Assembly (NCBI GenBank): GCA_964016885.1
Contig: OZ024762.1
Location: 16,864,001-16,928,000, forward strand
Reading direction: 5' to 3'
Length of the DNA stretch: 64,000 nucleotides
DNA from: Eledone cirrhosa
Lineage: Eukaryota
Of the stretch, positions 55,458-64,000 are shown piece after piece. Both the position numbers and the translations under genes were made by a program. The first letter of the stretch is position 1, and each line of letters opens with the position of its first letter. Below the pieces are notes generated by a model. The model was given only the letters and a program-made list of their open reading frames with translations. It was not told the DNA's origin and ran no database searches.

Positions 55458-55802
55458 GGAGGCACATGGCTTAGTGGTTAGAGCATTGGCCTTGCAATCG
55501 AAAGGTTGTGAGTTCAATTCTCAGACCGGGTGATCTGTTGTTTCCTTGAGCAAGAGACTTTATTTCACATTGCTTCAGTTTACTCAGCTGTAGAAATGAG
55601 ATGATAGGGACTGGGGTCCCTATCATTCCACTGTAAAGTGGTCGTGGAGGTGCCACGGCAAAAAAGCACCCAGCACTCACTGTAAATGAGGTTGGTGTTA
55701 GGAAGGGCATCCAGCTGTAGAAATCAAGCCAGAATCAGTTCCCGTCCCACCCTTGCAAGCAGGGAAAAAGGGGACGTAAAATGAAATGGTGGTGATGATG
55801 AT
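55458..55802 (+). mobile_element. Full-length CORE-type SINE
   Basis: Same structure as 17524. Confidence 0.85.
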
Positions 55803-56425
55803 ACATATATATATACATACATATATATATATGTATATATACATATATACATATATATATACAAATACATATATATACACACATATATATATATATACAT
55901 ATATATATACATATATATACATATATATATACATATATATATACATATACATACATATACATACATATATACATACATATATACATATATATACACACAT
56001 ATATATATATATACATATATATATACATATATATACATATATATATACATATACATACATATATACATACATATATACATACATATATACATATATATAC
56101 ACATATATATATACATATATATACACATATATATATATACATATATATATACATATACATATATACATATACATATATATACATACATATATATATACAT
56201 ACATATATATATTCATATATATATACATATACATATATATATACATATATATATTCATATATATATACATATACATATATATATACATATACATATATAT
56301 ACATACATATATATATATATACATACATATACATACATACATATACATACATACATATACATATATATATATATACATACATATACATACATACATATAC
56401 ATATATATACATACATATATATATG
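55803..56425. repeat. TA/CA microsatellite
   Basis: Seen directly. Confidence 0.95.
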
Positions 56426-56700
56426 TAAAGTTTTCTTGAAAATCGAGTTGAGGCAAGAATGTATCAGAATTTATAGAATAATGAGAAAAACTCAAAGCAA
56501 AGATATCTGCCAATTAAATCAACCCTAGTACTTAACTGGTACTTCACATTTTAGACCTGGGGAGGATGAAAAGCGAAATTGACCTCAATTATGCCAACAT
56601 TATGGCAGCAAATTGGCCGATTTGTTAGAACGTCAGATAGAATTCTTGGCAGTGTTTGTTCCAGCTCTCTGCCCCCTCTGAGTTCAAATCCCACTGAGGT

Positions 56701-58235
56701 TAACTTTGCCTTTCATCCTTTTGAGGAAGATAAAAAAAAAAAAAGTACCAGTTTAATACTGGGGTCGATTTTTCGGTTGAGATCAACTTTGCCTTTCATC
56801 CTTTTGAGGAAGATAAAAAAAAAAAAAAGTACCAGTTTAATACTGGGGTCGATTTTTCGGTTGAGATCAACTTTGCCTTTCATCCTTTTGAGGAAGATAA
56901 AAAAAAAAAAGTACTAGTTTAATACTGGGGTCGATTTTTCGGTTGAGATCAACTTTGCCTTTCATCCTTTTGAGGAAGATAAAAAAAAAAAAAAGTACCA
57001 GTTTAATACTGGGGTCGATTTTTCGGTTGAGATCAACTTTGCCTTTCATCCTTTTGAGGAAGATAAAAAAAAAAAAGTACTAGTTTAATACTGGGGTCGA
57101 TTTTTCGGTTGAGATCAACTTTGCCTTTCATCCTTTTGAGGAAGATAAAAAAAAAAAAAAGTACCAGTTTAATACTGGGGTCGATTTTTCGGTTGAGATC
57201 AACTTTGCCTTTCATCCTTTTGAGGAAGATAAAAAAAAAAAAAAGTACTAGTTTAATACTGGGGTCGATTTTTCGGTTGAGATCAACTTTGCCTTTCATC
57301 CTTTTGAGGAAGATAAAAAAAAAAAAGTACTAGTTTAATACTGGGGTCGATTTTTCGGTTGAGATCAACTTTGCCTTTCATCCTTTTGAGGAAGATAAAA
57401 AAAAAAAAGTACTAGTTTAATACTGGGTCGATTTTTCGGTTGAGATCAACTTTGCCTTTCATCCTTTTGAGGAAGATAAAAAAAAAAAAGTACTAGTTTA
57501 ATACTGGGTCGATTTTTCGGTTGAGATCAACTTTGCCTTTCATCCTTTTGAGGAAGATAAAAAAAAAAAAAGTACTAGTTTAATACTGGGTCGATTTTTC
57601 GGTTGAGATCAACTTTGCCTTTCATCCTTTTGAGGAAGATAAAAAAAAAAAAAGTACTAGTTTAATACTGGGTCGATTTTTCGGTTGAGATCAACTTTGC
57701 CTTTCATCCTTTTGAGGAAGATAAAAAAAAAAAAAGTACTAGTTTAATACTGGGTCGATTTTTCGGTTGAGATCAACTTTGCCTTTCATCCTTTTGAGGA
57801 AGATAAAAAAAAAAAAAGTACTAGTTTAATACTGGGTCGATTTTTCGGTTGAGATCAACTTTGCCTTTCATCCTTTTGAGGAAGATAAAAAAAAAAAAAG
57901 TACTAGTTTAATACTGGGTCGATTTTTCGGTTGAGATCAACTTTGCCTTTCATCCTTTTGAGGAAGATAAAAAAAAAAAAAAAAGTACCAGTTTAATACT
58001 GGGGTCGATTTTTCGGTTGAGATCAACTTTGCCTTTCATCCTTTTGAGGAAGATAAAAAAAAAAAAAAGTACCAGTTTAATACTGGGGTCGATTTTTCGG
58101 TTGAGATCAACTTTGCCTTTCATCCTTTTGAGGAAGATAAAAAAAAAAGTACCAGTTTAATACTGGGGTCGATTTTTCGGTTGAGATCAACTTTGCCTTT
58201 CATCCTTTTGAGGAAGATAAAAAAAGTACCAGTCA
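56701..58235 (+). repeat. ~83-bp tandem array (~19 copies) of the Meta-SINE central domain
   Basis: Unit aactttgcctttcatccttttgaggaagat(A)n gtac(c/t)agtttaatactggggtcgatttttcggttgagatc; SINE head at 56605-56700 and long tail after 58235. Confidence 0.93.
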
Positions 58236-58304
58236 ACTACTGGAGTCGATTCTTTCTCTATATCTCTTTTGCCTTCTCTGGAAGAAATCAGCTATGTTCA
58301 CACT

Positions 58305-58350
<46 letters not shown>

Positions 58351-58809
58351 GGGCTCTGCCAGGTTTAAAATTACCAAGACATGTCATATGTCACTGCAAT
58401 GGCTCTATGATTCCAATAGTGGTTATGAGTCCATTCATACACACATACATAGAAAACAGCACAGCTCCCATGACTTTCGGAAACATTTCTTCACGCTCAG
58501 AGATGCTGAAACATGGAACAAACTACCTGCATCAGTTGTTAGCTGTCAGGACACTGCATCCTTCGAAACTCTTCCATACTTCCCGAAATTTGCCAACACT
58601 ACACCTGATGTTTCCCCTCAAAACACATGCATATGTGTGTATTTCTGTATGTATACCATGACTCATACACTGTTCACTTTCCTGACATTTGTACATTATT
58701 CTATGTACTATACATGCACCTTTGATGAGTTTTAGTGCACCTGAGCACTGTACACAATTAATTTTCATCCTATTATTATAATACATACATACATACATAC
58801 ATACATACA

Positions 58810-59385
58810 TGGTGGCTGCCAACTCGTTTTCAAGTACGGCCACTACTTTATATCCATGTAGGAGAACCCCTACCAATGCGCTGAACGAGTATGACTTTTT
58901 AGTCCAGCCAGCGACTTGAAAACTCTGGTACAAACACTACACCTGTGACAATTATTGACACACAGTGCTGGGCCCATGGTACCATGTGACGACAAGTGCA
59001 GAGAGATCTCCAGATATAAAGCAATGCCTGTGCCGTGAAGCTTTTATAGTGAGCAAAGCCACTGCACAAAGCCAGTCCCACTCTCTTAACCAAGATGATA
59101 TTTACCAAAAAGAAGAACAAGTCAACATCATTGGATACCATCAGGGTTGCAGGTGTTATATCAGAGTCTTCCTTCTCCTAGAATTCTGCCTTGACAAAGG
59201 CTAAGGGGTCATCTCTCCCGGTGATTTTGGATGGCCATTGACTCTTAAGAGCTCCTTTGCCCTTTGACAGGTTTTGTTTTTAGTCCTGCAGGATGTCCAA
59301 AGTCACCCTCCTCACCAAGAAACCTTGGTGGGGTTGCCAGTTTAGTCGCCAACGACCCGACCATGAGACAGGTTGTACAGGTTGT
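58810..59385 (-). mobile_element. Probable non-autonomous RTE-related element between (ACAT)n tracts
   Basis: Minus-strand motif ggcagaattctaggagaaggaagactctga resembles RTE 5'UTRs; (acat)n on both sides. Confidence 0.4.
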
Positions 59386-59621
59386 ACATACATACATACA
59401 TACAAATACCTGCCAGCATTATGGAATATCAACAGAGAAAAAGAGTAGGTGGGTTGTATAGGTACAGGTACACAGCAGAATATATATATACTCCACCCAG
59501 GTAGAAAAGAAATAAAACAACATAAAAATACATATAATTACATACTGTTGGAGCAGCTCAGGTAAACAGCAATAACCAAAAGGTAATAATATTCAAATTG
59601 AACCATTAAGAAGACAGATTA

Positions 59622-59670
59622 TCACACTTACCTGAAAAGAGAAACAAAAAATATATATTAATTTAATATC
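59622..59670 (-). other. Candidate recursive splice site (3' acceptor fused to 5' donor)
   Basis: The minus strand reads ttaat-atatattttttgtttctcttttCAG|GTAAGTg, with the junction at 59632/59631. Confidence 0.6.
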
Positions 59671-59699
59671 AAACTGTGAAAATACCTTATAAAACAGTT

Positions 59700-60556
59700 T
59701 TAACCCTTTAGCATTTACATTACTCTATATATACTATTGTATTTTCACAGTAAAGGCTTTACCTCACATAATACCTCACATAACATTTACATTACTCTAT
59801 ATATACTATTGTATTTTCACAGTAAAGGCTTTACCTCACATAATACCTCACATAACATTTACATTACTCTATATTTACTATTGTATTTTCACAGTAAAGG
59901 CTTTACCTCACATAATACCTCACATAACATTTACATTACTCTATATTTACTATTGTATTTTCACAGTAAAGGCTTTACCTCACATAATATCTCACATAAC
60001 ATTTACATTACTCTATATATACTATTGTATTTTCACAGTAAAGGCTTTACCTCACATAATATCTCACATAACATTTACATTACTCTATATATACTATTGT
60101 ATTTTCACAGTAAAGGCTTTACCTCACATAATACCTCACATAACATTTACATTACTCTATATATACTATTGTATTTTCACAGTAAAGGCTTTACCTTACA
60201 TAATATCTCACATAACATTTACATTACTCTATATATACTATTGTATTTTCACAGTAAAGGCTTTACCTCACATAATATCTCATATAACATTTACATTACT
60301 CTATATATACTATTGTATTTTCACAGTAAAGGCTTTACCTCACATAACATTTACATTACTCTATATATACTATTGTATTTTCACAGTAAAGGCTTTACTT
60401 CACATAATATCTCACATAACATTTATATTACTCTATATATACTATTGTATTTTCATGGTAAAGGCTTTATTTTACACAATTATTTGACATAATATTGAAT
60501 CTACGAGATTTTGTGATTATTTATTTTGCAAACAATACCTTAACATAAGTATGAGC
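59700..60556 (+). mobile_element. piggyBac-like MITE, right end lost, ~11 copies of the 72-bp unit
   Basis: Starts TTAA-ccctttagcatttac. Confidence 0.85.
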
Positions 60557-60878
60557 ACCATCTGAACATAATGTGTTGATTAGCTGTCTCAGCTTATAAA
60601 CGGGGGAGGGGGGGGGGTGAATTTTGGGGATGGACAGGTGATGTGTATAAATGATGATCATTGGGTGAATAATAACCCCCAAACTAAATAATATTTGTTT
60701 TTAATTTAGACACAAAGTCAATTTCTGATTTAAACAGAAGGCCAATAAGTTGGGAGAAGAGATAAATTGATTGCATCCACCTCAGTATTTTACTAGTACT
60801 TTGTTTTATCGGACCCACCTGATGGATAAAAGTCAAAGTTGACATAGGCAGGATTTGAGCTCAGAACATAGAAAGTCA

Positions 60879-61250
60879 CTAGACCCCTGTGACCCGTTGG
60901 GTCACGTTCACTTAAAAATTACTTTTTAAAATCATGATCACTTTAAAATAATTTTAAAATAATTAAAATATATACAGACATGTATATAATGTAAAATGAA
61001 ATTTTCAATCTACTCTCTCACAACCATTATCTATTTCTCTCTATCTTTCTCTTTCTCCATTTATGAAGGTACCCGGAAAAATCCCGTATCTTGGGAACCC
61101 GAGCTATGATTTATGCGAAACTTGTTTTATTTCATTTGTATTCCCATTTCAGGGTCAATTTTCTTTCAAATTATTTTCCCATTATGCACCGTTTCGGCTG
61201 TATTAAATTACAGACAAGCACACAATCACAGAGTTTTAGTAGTATCTAGA
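60879..61250 (-). mobile_element. 372-bp non-autonomous Helitron nested in a Meta-type SINE
   Basis: On the minus strand, the 5' end is TCtagatactactaaaa and the 3' end is a gtgaccc-aac-gggtcac hairpin followed by CTAG; A|T insertion site; SINE sequence continues on both sides. Confidence 0.82.
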
Positions 61251-61599
61251 TAACAAAATACTGCAATGAATTATCATCCGATGCTCTACTGATTATTCCC
61301 CCCTCCCATTAAACTGATCTAATAACACAGCTGCTGCCACCTCTCAACAAACAAAGATGTGTGTATTTGATAAAGGAAAGATTGTTAAAATTTACATTTG
61401 TTGATTATCATCTCAAGTAAAAACTTACAGACATAATTATTTAATGAGTCAATTAAGAAACTAAACAGTTGTGTTATTTCTATCACAATATAACCACACA
61501 TGTATAGCTGTGTGGTTAACGATGTTTGTTTTGTAACCACACAGTTTCAGGTTCAATCCTGCTGTGTGGTATATTGAGCAAATGTCTTCTACTACAGCT

Positions 61600-61899
61600 T
61601 TAACCCTTTAGCAAATACTTTTGTATTTTCATGGTCGAGGCTTTACCTCACATAATATCTCACATAACATTTACATTACTCTATATATACTATTGTATTT
61701 TCACAGTAAAGGCTTTACCTTACATAATATCTCACATAACATTTACATTACTCTATATTTACTATTGTATTTTCATGGTAAAGGCTTTACCTCACATAAT
61801 ATTGAATCTATGAGATTTTGGTATTATTTATTTTGATAACAATACCTTAACATCAGTATGAGTGGCTAGTTATGGCTGGTTTAAATGTTAAAGAGTTAA
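61600..61899 (+). mobile_element. piggyBac-like MITE (~2.5 units) inserted in an old SINE
   Basis: TTAA-ccctttagca ... tgttaaagag-TTAA. Confidence 0.8.
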
Positions 61900-61931
61900 G
61901 TTGACCAATGTCTTGTATCTTCTACTGTATG

Positions 61932-62362
61932 TTTAATACCAGATGTAATAGTTTAATACCAGATGTATTAGTATTGTAATACCAAATTTAGTAAAATGGA
62001 GAACTAATATAGTTCAATACCAGATGTAATATCTACTAAAATGGAGAAATAGTTTAATACCAGATGTAATGTCCATTTAATACCAGATGTAATCTTCAGT
62101 AAAATGGAGGACTAAGATAGTTTAATACCAGCTGTGATAATAATTTAATACCAGATATAATGTCCATTTAATACCAGATGTAATCTTCAGTAAAATGGAG
62201 GACTAAGATAGTTTAATACCAGCTGTGATAATTTAATACCAGATGTAATGTCCATTTAATACCAGATGTAATCTTCAGTAAAATGGAGGACTAAGATAGT
62301 TTAATACCAGCTGTGATAATTTAATACCAGATGTAATGTCCATTTAATACCAGATGTAATCT
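61932..62362. repeat. Compound minisatellite with tttaataccag core and an 88-91-bp higher-order unit
   Basis: gtccatttaatacc recurs at 62071, 62162, 62250 and 62338. Confidence 0.9.
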
Positions 62363-63477
62363 CTAGTTAGAAAAAATAAGGAAGTCTGTTTTCTCAAGGG
62401 AGTCAAACTAAAGAAAACATTGATAAATAAAGAGAAAATATTTTTTTGTTGTTGTTTGTGGTGGTGGGGATGGTGGGGATATTGGTGGTGGTGGTAGTGG
62501 GGATATTGGTGGTGGTGGTGTTGGTGATGTTGGTGGTGGGGATGGTGGTAGTGGTGGTGGTGGGGATATTGGTGATGGTAGTGGTGGTGGTAGTGGGGAT
62601 GGTGGGGATATTGGTGTTGGTGGTGGTATGATAGGCTGGTTGTGGTGATGTTGATGGTGTTGGTGGTGGTGGTGGTGGGGGGGGGGGGGGGGGGGGGGGG
62701 GTTGCTGATGGTAGTGGTGGTGGTGGTGATGCTGGTGGTGTTGTTGTTGTTGGTGCCGGTAGTATGCTGGTGTTGTACTATAGACAGGTAGATACCAAAT
62801 ATGTATACTGTTATTAAAACCTTCCACCATAATACAGGTCAACCTTATCACACTGAATCTCCCTGAGAACTTCTATAGACACACATGGATGTGAAATGTT
62901 CAACCACTTGTATATTAAATGGAACTGATTGCAGTATATACACATACACTCACACACACATACATATACACACATATATATATATATATACACACACACA
63001 TATACACGCACATACACACACACCCACATGTCTGTGGAATACTCAGCCACTTACACATTAATGACATGAACAGGCTGTTGTATTGTTTGAACACATGGTA
63101 CACTCATTGTTAGAAGCAACAGTAGTACAACAACAACAACAATAACCCCCCCCCCCCCAATAAACCCAACAACAACACCATCACCACCATCAAACCACTA
63201 CCACCCACAACATCACCAACACCAACACAACAACAACACCACCGACACCACCAACACAACAACACCGACACCACCAACACAACAACAACACCACCAACAC
63301 CACCACCAACACCCACAACAACAACAACATATCTATTATCACCAATCACATCTGTCTCCTTCTTGTAAAAATTATTATTTCTGTATTAACCAATCAGAAG
63401 CCAGTATTATGGGAAATGTTGTCAATATGTTGAAAAAAGAAAATCTCAGATCAATTTAAAAGGTCAATTTTCCTTCT

Positions 63478-64000
63478 ATAGTCTTCCTGTCCTTGTATCA
63501 ACCTATAGGTCAACTTCTCCCCATTAGAGTCCTCCAGTCCTTGTATCAACTTATAGGTCAACTTCCCCCTATTAGAGTCCTCCTGTCCTTGTATGTACTT
63601 ATAGGCCAACTGATCCCTACTAGAGTCCTCCTGTCCTTAGCTCAACTTATAGGTCAACTGATCCCTACTAGAGTCCTCCTGTCCTTAGCTCAACTTATAG
63701 GTCAACTGATCCCTGCTAGAGTCCTCCTGTCCTTAGCTCAACTTATAGGTCAACTGATCCCTGCTAGAGTCCTCCTGTCCTTAGCTTAACTTATAGGTCA
63801 ACTGATCCCTGCTAGAGTCCTCCTGTCCTTAGCTCAACTTATAGGTCAACTGATCCCTGCTAGAGTCCTCCTGTCCTTAGCTCAACTTATAGGTCAACTG
63901 ATCCCTGCTAGAGTCCTCCTGTCCTTATCTCAACTTATAGGTCAACTGATCCCTGCTAGAGTCCTCCTGTCCTTAGCTTAACTTATAGGTCAACTGATCC
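63478..64000. repeat. 48-bp tandem array (~11 copies, runs off the window)
   Basis: Unit tcctcctgtccttagctcaacttataggtcaactgatccctgctagag; edge copies are more diverged. Confidence 0.93.

Overview
This is eukaryotic non-coding DNA, extremely rich in repeats. I found no intact protein-coding gene, rRNA, true tRNA or CRISPR array, and almost all ORFs in the track come from microsatellites or minisatellites. The repeat complement resembles an octopus-type cephalopod genome (an inference from pattern recognition, not a search). It comprises tRNA-headed CORE-type and Meta-type SINEs, RTE, CR1 and CRE LINE fragments, non-autonomous Helitrons, TTAA piggyBac-like and mariner-like MITEs, and long (TA)n/(CA)n tracts. 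Five things stand out. (1) Short elements sitting in (TA)n tracts, often as head-to-head fold-backs, carry minimal type I hammerhead ribozyme motifs from several families, as Penelope-like elements do. (2) A strong AG|GTAAGT recursive-splice-site candidate lies on the minus strand at 59632/59631, suggesting the window is inside a giant intron. (3) An RTE insertion has a 5' inversion and a 13-bp TSD, fitting twin priming. (4) Many unrelated transposon copies have independently amplified an internal segment into a tandem array, several bounded by microhomology. (5) A PHD-like finger sits inside the RTE reverse transcriptase.
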